From positions 482-64,481 of the forward strand of contig DATGGI010000161.1 of the NCBI GenBank assembly GCA_035308545.1: a stretch of 64,000 nucleotides of DNA, written 5' to 3'. Of the stretch, positions 17,653 through 25,649 are shown in pieces. The notes below the pieces were generated by a model. The model was not told the origin of the DNA. It made no database searches and saw nothing but the letters and a program-made list of their open reading frames with translations. Position 1 is the first letter of the stretch; every line of letters begins with the position of its first letter. Source of the DNA: Usitatibacter sp. Lineage in GTDB: Bacteria; Pseudomonadota; Gammaproteobacteria; Burkholderiales; Usitatibacteraceae. The position numbers and the translations under genes are program-made.

Positions 17653-17819
17653 GTTGTTTGGCCTCGTGGAAATGGGGTTCGACGGCTTCGTGACTGCATT
17701 CTGGGGACGCGCGCCCCGGCCGGCCACGGCCGAGCGGCGAACTGCAGAAATCGGGGGGTGAAATGGCCATTGGGGGGATGAAGGGAGGTTGGATGCGGGC
17801 CTGCGCCGGAGCGGAGCCG

Positions 17820-18584
17820 CTACATCTGCTTGAAGCGGTGGGTGAAGGCCCGCGAGACCACCAGCGTCTGGGCGTGGTCGCGGAGGCTGATCTCGGCCTG
17901 GTCCTTGAGCCCCTTCCGGACGGAAGCGATGAAGTCCACGTTCACGATCGTGGCGCGATGGATCTGCCAGAAGCGCGCGGGATCGAGCTCCTCCAGAAGC
18001 TCGCGGATGGGCTTGCGGATCAGCACCTCGGCTTCGCCCGTGACGACGCGCGTGTACTTCTCGTCGGACTGGAAGAAGAGCACCTCCTCGACCGGAATGA
18101 GCCGCACGTTCGATCCCACGGACGCCTTGATCCAGCGCAGGTGCTCGGCCCCCGCCTGGGGCGCGATGCGTGCCGCCAGCCGCTCGACCAGGTCGTCGAG
18201 GCTCGGCGGGCGCTCGCCGAGCCTCACTTTCAGGCGCGCGCACGTGAGCTGCAGGCGATCCTCGTTGAAGGGCTTCAGCACGTAGTCGATCGCGCCCTGC
18301 TCGAAGGCTTCCACCGCGTACTGGTCGAAAGCCGTCACGAAGACCACGTGGGCGCGGTCGCCGATCGCGCGCGCCGCATCGAGGCCGTTCACGCCGGGCA
18401 TGTGGATGTCGAGGAAGAAGAGCTGCGGCTCGTGGTCGCCGAGGACCTTCTCCACGTCCCTGCCGTTCTCCATCTCGTGCACGACCGAGAGCTCGGGCCA
18501 CACGCGCGCGAGGCGCGAGCGAAGCTGGGCGCGAAGCAGGGGCTCATCGTCGGCGATGACCGCGGTGATTGCCGCCGCGCTCAC
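17820..18584 (-). CDS. LytTR-family two-component response regulator (pair 3)
   Basis: 254 aa. GTG 18584 overlaps the kinase stop (GTGA). Receiver plus LytTR domains (FFQSDEKYTRVVT, FWQIHRATIVN). Tail SRAFTHRFKQM. Confidence 0.9.
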   Translation of the reverse strand: MSAAAITAVIADDEPLLRAQLRSRLARVWPELSVVHEMENGRDVEKVLGDHEPQLFFLDIHMPGVNGLDAARAIGDRAHVVFVTAFDQYAVEAFEQGAIDYVLKPFNEDRLQLTCARLKVRLGERPPSLDDLVERLAARIAPQAGAEHLRWIKASVGSNVRLIPVEEVLFFQSDEKYTRVVTGEAEVLIRKPIRELLEELDPARFWQIHRATIVNVDFIASVRKGLKDQAEISLRDHAQTLVVSRAFTHRFKQM

Positions 18585-19624
18585 GCGCCGCTCCCCGCGG
18601 GCACCTCGATCGAGGCGACGACGCCGTGGGGCGGACGCTCCTCGATCACGAGCTTGGCCGACGCGCCGTAGAGGGCCTTCAGCCTTTCGCGAATGTTCGC
18701 AAGGCCCACGCCGCCACCGCCCTTGGTGGGCTTGATGCCTTCTCCCGTGTCCTCGACCGACACGCGCAGCTTGCCTTCATCCTCGGCCGCGCGAATCGTG
18801 ATCGAGCCCGCTTCGCACGACGGATCGATCCCGTGCTTCACAGCGTTCTCCACCAGCGTGATCAGCATCATCGGCGGGAACGCGCGGCACTTGAGCGTGT
18901 CGGGCACGTCGATCGCGTAGTCGAGGCGCGTGCCCATGCGCACCTTGTGGATGTCGAGGAAGGCGCGCGCCATGTCGAGCTCGCGGCCCAGGTTCGTGTA
19001 GGCCTCGCGCATCTGCGGCAGCGCCGCGCGCAGGTACTGGATGAGGCTCTCCAGCATCCGCGACGCCTCCGGCGGATTGGTCTCCACGAGATGCTGGACG
19101 TTGGCGAGCGTGTTGAAGAGGAAGTGCGGCTCGATCTGCGCCTGCATGAGGGCGAGCTTCGCCTCGAGGAGGTTCTTCGCGAGCTGGTGGCGCTCGCTCT
19201 CGGCCAAGTGGTGGTGCGCCTGGTCGCGCGCATGCTTTTCGCGGAGCACGTACATCGCCACCACCACGCAACCGAAGCCGATGCCCAGGCCCATCGTGAT
19301 GAGCACGCCGAAGAGGCGCTCGGCGAACATCTGGCGGATGTCGCGGCCCTTCACGAGGCCCGCCACGATCGTGCCGACGAAGGAGCCGATCACGATCGCG
19401 CCCACCTGCATCACTTCGCGGGGCACGCGCGCCTGGCGGATGTTTCCCGCGACGGTGAACAACACCATGCTCGCATAGCCCACGCACAGCGCGCTCACCA
19501 GCAGGTCGCGGTAGGTATTGAGGAAGAGCCAGACCACCGAGGCCGTCGCAGCCGCGCAAACCGCGCTGACCACGAGCACTCGCTGGACTGTGAGGCCCTC
19601 GAACAGGTAGGCGTAGGACTTCAA
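18581..19624 (-). CDS. LytS/YehU-type sensor histidine kinase (pair 3)
   Basis: 347 aa. TTG start at 19624, 5-6 nt after GGGAGA. N-terminal TM bundle, H-box MQAQIEPHFLFNTLANV, and HATPase motifs (NAVKHG, DTGEG, GVGLAN). Confidence 0.85.
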   Translation of the reverse strand: MKSYAYLFEGLTVQRVLVVSAVCAAATASVVWLFLNTYRDLLVSALCVGYASMVLFTVAGNIRQARVPREVMQVGAIVIGSFVGTIVAGLVKGRDIRQMFAERLFGVLITMGLGIGFGCVVVAMYVLREKHARDQAHHHLAESERHQLAKNLLEAKLALMQAQIEPHFLFNTLANVQHLVETNPPEASRMLESLIQYLRAALPQMREAYTNLGRELDMARAFLDIHKVRMGTRLDYAIDVPDTLKCRAFPPMMLITLVENAVKHGIDPSCEAGSITIRAAEDEGKLRVSVEDTGEGIKPTKGGGGVGLANIRERLKALYGASAKLVIEERPPHGVVASIEVPAGSGA

Positions 19625-19724
19625 GTTTCTCCCTCGACGGCCGCAAAGTTACCGCCCCGGGGGCCATTGTGGCAAAGATGTTGCGACGAAACGCGCAATC
19701 GCGGGAATGGACGGGGGAAAACCG

Positions 19725-19757
19725 GAAAAGAAAAAGGCCCGGCGGGGTCGCCGGGCC
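19725..19757 (-). terminator. Rho-independent terminator downstream of the 85-aa ORF
   Basis: On the minus strand: a perfect 9-bp GC stem GGCCCGGCG / CGCCGGGCC (19736-19744 and 19749-19757) with a 4-nt loop, followed by TTTTTCTTTTC (19735-19725). Confidence 0.65.
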
Positions 19758-19798
19758 GAAGGAGCAAGCCCTGGGAGCGGGGGGCCGCCCTGATCGTT

Positions 19799-20056
19799 CT
19801 AGGTGGCCGAACGCCGCGCCGAGACGTAGATCGTGCCGAGCGCCTGGGGCGCCACGGCGACCCTGCGCAAATTCACCTCGACGTGCGCGGTCTTCACGGG
19901 CTCGGAGGCCACGAATTCCTTGCGCGTCGTATAGGGCGACGAGGGGTCGGAGAGGATCGCCGCTCCGGCGACGAGGAACCAGACCGAGGTGAGCACCGTG
20001 ACGCCGGAAGCGACTGAAGCGCTGCTCGGAAATGTCGGGAATGTGTAGTTGTTCAT
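19799..20056 (-). CDS. hypothetical small protein (85 aa) with an N-terminal hydrophobic segment
   Basis: ATG 20056 is preceded by AGGAGA 7 nt upstream. It has its own terminator (19725-19757). Product MNNYTFPTFPSSASVASGVTVLTSVWFLVAGAAILS... I recognise no family. Confidence 0.5.
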   Translation of the reverse strand: MNNYTFPTFPSSASVASGVTVLTSVWFLVAGAAILSDPSSPYTTRKEFVASEPVKTAHVEVNLRRVAVAPQALGTIYVSARRSAT

Positions 20057-20195
20057 GTTCGTTTCTCCTTTGGCGGTTCCTGCCAGTGGCGGATGCGGCA
20101 GGAAACATGCACGCAGGTTAGGGATGCGCGGCCGCCGGAGGAAGGCGAAAGCGACGAAATGCGGAAAAGGAGGAGTGAAACGCCGCGGAACGGGG

Positions 20196-21599
20196 CTACG
20201 CGCGACGAACGGGCAGTAACGAACCTGCAATGATCGCGATGAAACTCGCGAGGAAGCCCGCCAACGCGGGTGGAACGAGGGCATCGGGCATCGCGAGCTC
20301 GAGCGCGATCCACACCGCGAGCCCCGCCACGATGGATGCGATGCACCCGGTCGTGTTCGCGCGTGGCCAGAAGAGTCCCGCGGCGAGCGGGACGAACGAA
20401 GAAACGAGGACGACTTTCCCGGATTCGTTCACGAGCTGGTAGATCGACATGGAGGAGGTGAGCGCCATGACGGTCACGATGACGGCGAGCGCGGCCACCG
20501 TCGCCCGCATGAGACGAAGCACCGCGCGATCGTCCTTCGGTTTCGCGAGCGGCTTCACCACGTTCTCGGCGATCACCACCGCGGGAGCGAGGAGGATGCC
20601 CGCGGCCGTGGACAGGATCGCGGAGATCAGCGCGCCGAAGAAGAGCACCTGAACGGCGACCGGCGTCCTTTCGAGGATGAGCGTGGGCAGGATGAGCTGC
20701 GAGTCCTTGTCGATGAGGCGCTCGACCATCGGCCCGTCGATCACGAGCGTGGCGCAGATGAGCACGATCGGCAGCGACGCGATGAAGAAGTAGATCACTG
20801 CGCCGAGGAGCGCCGAGCGCGCCGCCGTGGCTTCGTCCTTCGCGCTCAACACGCGCTGGAGGACGTCCTGCTGCGGAATGGAGCCGAAGACGATGACCAG
20901 CGACGCCGTGATCCACGCGAGTATCGATCGCGCGTCGGCCTCGGGAAGGAACCGCATGCGATCCGACCGTGCCGCGGCCTCGAATGCTCGCGCGGGCCCG
21001 CCGGCGAGGTCCACGACCGCCCACGTCACATAAAGGAGTCCCGCGACGATCATCACGGCCTGGAAGAAATCCGTGAGCGCCACGGACCACATGCCGCCGG
21101 CCATGGTGTAGGCGAGCACGATCGCGGCCCCGACGATCACGCCGGCGCGCGTATCGATGGCGCCACCCGAGAGCACGTTCATCGCGAGGCCGAGCGCCAC
21201 GAGCTGCGCCGCGATCCATCCGAGGTACGAGAACGCGATGCACACCGAAAGCAGGATCTCGGCGGTGCGGCCGAACCGTTCGCGGAAATAGTCGCCGAGC
21301 GTGAGCACGTCGAGGCGGAAGAACGGGCGCGCGAAGACGAGCGCCACGAGCACGAGACAGGCGACCGCGGAGAAGGGATCGGCGACGAGACCGCGCAGTC
21401 CCTCCTTGAGGAACGTGGCGGGAATTCCGAGCACCGTTTCCGCGCCGAACCACGTGGCGAAGACAGTCGCCGAGACCACGGTCGTCCCGAAGCGATGCCG
21501 CGCCACCGCGTAGTCGCTCGACCCGCGCACGCGCGTCGCGGCGTACATGCCCACCGCGAGCGACGCAACGAGGTAGAGAACTACAAACCCGGCCAGCAC
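20196..21599 (-). CDS. sodium:solute symporter (SSS/SLC5) family transporter, copy 1
   Basis: 467 aa, about 13 TM. The N-terminal pattern ...YAVARHRFGTTVVSATVFATWFGAETVLGIPATFLKEGL... and overall layout are typical of the SSS family. Paralogous to 21771..23201. Confidence 0.85.
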   Translation of the reverse strand: MLAGFVVLYLVASLAVGMYAATRVRGSSDYAVARHRFGTTVVSATVFATWFGAETVLGIPATFLKEGLRGLVADPFSAVACLVLVALVFARPFFRLDVLTLGDYFRERFGRTAEILLSVCIAFSYLGWIAAQLVALGLAMNVLSGGAIDTRAGVIVGAAIVLAYTMAGGMWSVALTDFFQAVMIVAGLLYVTWAVVDLAGGPARAFEAAARSDRMRFLPEADARSILAWITASLVIVFGSIPQQDVLQRVLSAKDEATAARSALLGAVIYFFIASLPIVLICATLVIDGPMVERLIDKDSQLILPTLILERTPVAVQVLFFGALISAILSTAAGILLAPAVVIAENVVKPLAKPKDDRAVLRLMRATVAALAVIVTVMALTSSMSIYQLVNESGKVVLVSSFVPLAAGLFWPRANTTGCIASIVAGLAVWIALELAMPDALVPPALAGFLASFIAIIAGSLLPVRRA

Positions 21600-21610
21600 T
21601 CTGGACTACA

Positions 21611-21769
21611 GCCGGAAACACGGAGACCACGGAGTTCCACAGAGGGCACGGAAAAAATCAAATGCACAAGCGGGGGTTTCGTGCCATTCCCTGCCAACCG
21701 CGAAATTCCAGCAATCATTTGCCCTTGTCCGTGTCCTCCGTGGAACTCCGTGTCCTCCGTGTTCCCGGC
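21611..21769. repeat. MITE/REP-like inverted-repeat element, copy 1 (about 159 bp)
   Basis: The left arm 21611-21651 (gccggaaacacggagaccacggagttccacagagggcacgg) is the imperfect reverse complement of the right arm 21729-21769. The arms consist of 9-10 nt CAC(R)GAG sub-repeats. The element fills the gap between the two SSS genes. Same family as 53874..54033. Confidence 0.8.
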
Positions 21770-21770
21770 T

Positions 21771-23201
21771 TTAGGTCGTCGCTTCGCGCTGGTACGTACG
21801 GAACGCGAGCGAGCCCACGATCATGCCGCCGAAGCTCGCGATGAGGCCCGCCAGCTGCGGCGGCACCAGCGCGTCCGGCATGAACATCTCGCATCCGATC
21901 CACACGATGAGGCCCACCACGACGGAGAGCACGCCGCCCAGGTTGGTCGCGCGCTTCCAGTAGAGGCCGCACACGAGCGGCACGAAGGCGCCGACGAGCG
22001 TGACCTTGTACGCGTTCTCGACCATCGAGTAGATGCTGGAATCGGTGTGCAACGCGAAATACGTGACGAGGATCGTGAAGCCCACGATCACGCCGCGCAT
22101 GAGCTTGAGGAAGTCCTGGTCGCCGATGTGGGGCAGGAACGGGCGCAGGATGTTCTCGCTGAAGCTCACCGACGGCGCGAGCAGCGTCGCGCTCGCGCAG
22201 CTCTTGATGGCCGAGAGCAGCGCGCCGAAGAACATGATCTGCGCGAAGATCGGCACCACGGGCGACAGGATCAGGTTCGGCAGGATCAGCTGCGTGTCGC
22301 CGCCTTCCTTGAGCGCGGTCGCCACCATCTCCGGCTGGATCAGGCTCGCGGAGTAGGCGAGGAACATCGGCACGAACGCGAAGAAGAAGTACATCACGCC
22401 GCCCAGGATCGAGGAATTGGCCGCGGTGTTCTCGTTGTGCGCCGACTGCACGCGCTGGAACACGTCCTGCTGGGGGATCGATCCCAGCATCATCGTGATC
22501 CACGCAGTGAAGAAGACGAGCACCTCCTTCAGCTCCAGGGGCGGGAACATGTGGAACTTGCCCTGCGACGCCGCGTGCGAAACGACGGCCGTCACGCCGC
22601 CGGGAACGATGCCGCTCACTTCCCAGCCGATGTAGAGCATGCCCAGGATGATGATGATCATCTGGATGAAGTCGGTGATCGCCACCGAGAACATGCCGCC
22701 CAGCATCGTGTACACGAGCACCGTGGAGGCGCCGATGATCATGCCCCACTCCTGCGTGATGCTGCCGTCGCTCACGACGTTGAACACGAGCCCGAGCGCC
22801 TTGATCTGCGCGCCGACCCAGCCGAGGTACGAGATCACGATGCACAGCGACGTGAGCATCTCCACCGGGCGGCTGTAGCGCTTGCGGTAGTAGTCGCCGA
22901 TCGTGATGAGGTTCATGCGGTAGAGCGGGCGCGCGAAGAAGAGTCCGACCAGGACGAGACAGAGGCTCGAGCCGAAGGGATCGGCCACCACGCCCGAGAA
23001 CCCATCCCTGATGAACGTGGCGGGGATGCCGAGCACGGTCTCGCTGCCGAACCAGGTGGCGAATACAGTGGCCGTCACGATGTACATCGGCATGCGGCGG
23101 CCGGCCACCGCGAAGTCCTTGGTGTTGTGCACCCACTTGGCCGCGTAGATGCCGATGGCGACCGAGATGATCCAGTAGATGATCACGAACCAGAGGAGCA
23201 T
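21771..23201 (-). CDS. sodium:solute symporter (SSS/SLC5) family transporter, copy 2
   Basis: 476 aa. ...FAVAGRRMPMYIVTATVFATWFGSETVLGIPATFIRDGF... Collinear with copy 1 over the full length. Confidence 0.85.
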   Translation of the reverse strand: MLLWFVIIYWIISVAIGIYAAKWVHNTKDFAVAGRRMPMYIVTATVFATWFGSETVLGIPATFIRDGFSGVVADPFGSSLCLVLVGLFFARPLYRMNLITIGDYYRKRYSRPVEMLTSLCIVISYLGWVGAQIKALGLVFNVVSDGSITQEWGMIIGASTVLVYTMLGGMFSVAITDFIQMIIIILGMLYIGWEVSGIVPGGVTAVVSHAASQGKFHMFPPLELKEVLVFFTAWITMMLGSIPQQDVFQRVQSAHNENTAANSSILGGVMYFFFAFVPMFLAYSASLIQPEMVATALKEGGDTQLILPNLILSPVVPIFAQIMFFGALLSAIKSCASATLLAPSVSFSENILRPFLPHIGDQDFLKLMRGVIVGFTILVTYFALHTDSSIYSMVENAYKVTLVGAFVPLVCGLYWKRATNLGGVLSVVVGLIVWIGCEMFMPDALVPPQLAGLIASFGGMIVGSLAFRTYQREATT

Positions 23202-23258
23202 GGGGGTCTTTCCGGGGCCGGGAAATGGGGTGGCGCCATTTTAAGAGAAAATGCGGCG

Positions 23259-24236
23259 GTGTCGTCCATCCAGCTCGAAGGAATCTCAAAGCACTGGGGA
23301 GAGTCGCGTGCCCTCGACGGCATCGGCTTTTCGGCGCCCCAGGGCTCCTTCGTGGTCCTGCTGGGCCCGTCGGGATGCGGCAAGAGCACGACGCTGCGCA
23401 TCATCGCGGGGCTCGATGCACCCACCACGGGCACGATACGCATCGGCGGGCGTGACGTGACGGCGTTGCCTCCGGCCCGGCGGGGCCTTTCGATGGTGTT
23501 CCAGTCGTATGCACTCTTCCCGCACCTCACGGTGGCGGAGAACATCGTCTTCGGGCTTCGCGTGCGCAAGGTCGCCGACAGGGAAACGAAACTGAAACGC
23601 GTGGCTGGGATGCTCGGACTCGAGAAGCTCCTGGACCGCAAGCCCTCGCAGTTGTCCGGTGGCCAACAACAACGCGTGGCGCTGGGCCGCGCCATCATCG
23701 CCGAGACCCCCGTGTGCCTCATGGACGAACCCCTGTCGAACCTGGATGCGCAGCTGCGGGGCGAGATGCGGCGCGAGATCCGCGCGCTCCAGCAGCGCCT
23801 GGGCATCACCATGGTGTACGTGACGCACGACCAGACCGAGGCGATGACGATGGCCGACGTGGTGGTCCTGCTTCGCGGCGGGCGCATCGAGCAGGTCGGC
23901 ACCCCCGAGGAGCTCTACGCGAAGCCCGCGACGACGTTCACCGCGGGATTCATCGGCGCGCCGCCCATGAACCTCATGAAGCTCGACGGCGACGCCACGA
24001 TCACCGGCGTTCGTCCCGAAGACTTGCGCCTCGCGGGCGATGGACTCGCCGCCACGGTGGAGACCGTCGAATACCTCGGCGCCGATTCGCTGGTCGGCGC
24101 ACGCCTGGCGAGCGGACCGATCCTCGTACGCTTGCCGGGACGAGCCCAGGTGCGCACCGGTGACGCCATCCACATTCGCTGGGAAAAGAATCACGAGCAT
24201 CATTTCGACGCACAAACCGGAGGGAGGAAACCATGA
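23259..24236 (+). CDS. ABC transporter ATP-binding protein, CUT1 (UgpC/MalK-like)
   Basis: GTG 23259 is the first in-frame start before SSIQLEGISKHWG. Walker A GPSGCGKST, signature LSGGQQQR, Walker B CLMDEPLS, and a C-terminal MalK-type regulatory domain. This is the last 325 codons of track ORF 21495..24236. Confidence 0.85.
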   Translation: MSSIQLEGISKHWGESRALDGIGFSAPQGSFVVLLGPSGCGKSTTLRIIAGLDAPTTGTIRIGGRDVTALPPARRGLSMVFQSYALFPHLTVAENIVFGLRVRKVADRETKLKRVAGMLGLEKLLDRKPSQLSGGQQQRVALGRAIIAETPVCLMDEPLSNLDAQLRGEMRREIRALQQRLGITMVYVTHDQTEAMTMADVVVLLRGGRIEQVGTPEELYAKPATTFTAGFIGAPPMNLMKLDGDATITGVRPEDLRLAGDGLAATVETVEYLGADSLVGARLASGPILVRLPGRAQVRTGDAIHIRWEKNHEHHFDAQTGGRKP

Positions 24237-25513
24237 ACATCCAGAAGACATGGCGCGCGATCGCGGCATCGTTCGCGTTCGCGACGCTGGCCGCTGCAGC
24301 CGACACCGAGATCTCGTTCTACTACCCGGTCGCGGTGGGCGGCCCCATCACCAAGACGATCGACGGCTATTGCGAGCAGTTCGAGAAGGAGAACCCGGGC
24401 ATCAAGGTGAAGCCGATCTACTCGGGCACGTACCAGGAGACGATCGTGAAGGCGCTCACGGCGAACAAGGCCGGCACGCCGCCCACCACCGCGATCCTGC
24501 TTTCCACGGACATGTTCACGCTCATCGACGAGGATGCGATCGTCGCCTACGACGAGCTCGCGAATTCGGCGGACGACCAGGCGTGGATCAAGAGCTTCTA
24601 TCCCGCGTTCATGGCCAACAGCCAGACGGGCGGGAAGACCTGGGGCATCCCGTTCCAGCGCTCGACGATCGTTCTCTACTGGAACAAGGACCTCTTCAAG
24701 GACGCCGGGATCGATCCGAACCGCGCGCCCGCGAACTGGAAGGAGATGCTCGACTACGCGCAGAAGCTCACCAAGCGCAACTCCGTGGGCAACACGGTCC
24801 AGTGGGGCGTGCAGATTCCGTCGTCGGGATTTCCGTACTGGCTCTTCCAGGGCCTCACGACGCCCAACGGCGTGGAGCTCATGAATTCCGCCGGCACCGA
24901 GACCTACTTCGACAAGCCCGCCGTGATCGAGGCGCTCCAGTACTGGGTGGACCTCGGGCGCAAGCACGAGGTGATGCAGCCCGGCGTGATCGAGTGGGGC
25001 ACGACGCCGAAGGATTTCTTCGAGAAGAAGATCGCGATGATGTGGACCACCACGGGCAACCTCACCAACGTGAAGAACAACGCCAAGTTCGACTTCGGCG
25101 TCGCGATGCTGCCCATGGAGAAGCGGCGTGGCTCGCCCACGGGCGGCGGCAACTTCTACGTCTTCAAGAAGGCGGCGAAGGACCAGCAGATGGCGGCGGT
25201 GAAATTCGCCAAGTGGATGACGCAGCCCGAGCGCGCGGCGCAATGGGGCATCGACACGGGCTACGTCGCCGTGCGCCCCGACGCGTGGAAGACCGCGAAG
25301 ATGGAGGAGTACGTGAAGGGCTTCCCCGTCGCAGCCGTCGCGCGCGACCAGCTCCAGTATTCGGTCGCCGAGCTCTCGACGCACGACAACCAGCGTGTGA
25401 CGAAGGCGTTGAACGACGGAATCCAGGCGGCGCTTACGGGCGCGAAGACGCCCGAGCAGGCGATGAAGGACGCGCAGGCAGAGGCCTCGCGGATTCTCCG
25501 CTCGTACAAATAA
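24233..25513 (+). CDS. ABC transporter substrate-binding protein, family 1 (sugar / sn-glycerol-3-phosphate type)
   Basis: ATG 24233 overlaps the ATPase stop (ATGA). Signal peptide. 426 aa with the layout typical of CUT1 binding proteins. Confidence 0.85.
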   Translation: MNIQKTWRAIAASFAFATLAAAADTEISFYYPVAVGGPITKTIDGYCEQFEKENPGIKVKPIYSGTYQETIVKALTANKAGTPPTTAILLSTDMFTLIDEDAIVAYDELANSADDQAWIKSFYPAFMANSQTGGKTWGIPFQRSTIVLYWNKDLFKDAGIDPNRAPANWKEMLDYAQKLTKRNSVGNTVQWGVQIPSSGFPYWLFQGLTTPNGVELMNSAGTETYFDKPAVIEALQYWVDLGRKHEVMQPGVIEWGTTPKDFFEKKIAMMWTTTGNLTNVKNNAKFDFGVAMLPMEKRRGSPTGGGNFYVFKKAAKDQQMAAVKFAKWMTQPERAAQWGIDTGYVAVRPDAWKTAKMEEYVKGFPVAAVARDQLQYSVAELSTHDNQRVTKALNDGIQAALTGAKTPEQAMKDAQAEASRILRSYK

Positions 25514-25521
25514 GGCGTTGG

Positions 25522-25641
25522 AACCACGGATGAACACAGATGAACACTGATGGGCTTCAAGCTTTGAGAGTGTCGTATCCGTATCCACGCTCAGGCTCAA
25601 GTCCACAACTCATCTGTGTTCATCCGTGTTCATCTGTGGTT
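25522..25641. repeat. MITE/REP-like inverted-repeat element, variant copy 2 (about 120 bp), inside the ABC operon
   Basis: Left arm 25522-25552 (aaccacggatgaacacagatgaacactgatg) versus the reverse complement of right arm 25611-25641 (aaccacagatgaacacggatgaacacagatg) shows 3 mismatches. The arms are 10-nt CACNGATGAA sub-repeats. Confidence 0.8.
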
Positions 25642-25649
25642 AACCCTTC

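Noticed and set aside
20057-20195. The inverted repeat TTCCTGCC-N12-GGCAGGAA downstream of symporter copy 1 as its terminator.
   Set aside because: The loop is long (12 nt) and no T-tract follows on the minus strand. It could equally be part of the promoter of the 85-aa gene. The evidence is insufficient.
21611-21769. The sub-repeated arms of the three hairpin elements (also 25522..25641 and 53874..54033) as CRISPR arrays.
   Set aside because: The repeat units are only 9-10 nt, are directly abutting without spacers, and occur as inverted arms. No cas genes are present.
20053-23289. Same-strand alternative-frame ORFs 20053..21630(-) and 21715..23289(-), of similar length to the symporter genes.
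   Set aside because: Their products are Arg/Gly/His-rich and not hydrophobic. The frames 20196..21599 and 21771..23201 give canonical 13-TM SSS proteins.
21495-24236. A 913-aa ORF spanning the symporter region and the ABC ATPase. Similarly 319..3309, 25616..27313, 45059..46903 and 34316..35803 appear as single long ORFs.
   Set aside because: Only the 3' portions carry protein-family motifs, and each has a sensible internal start, usually overlapping the upstream stop. The 5' extensions run antisense through other genes or through the repeat element.
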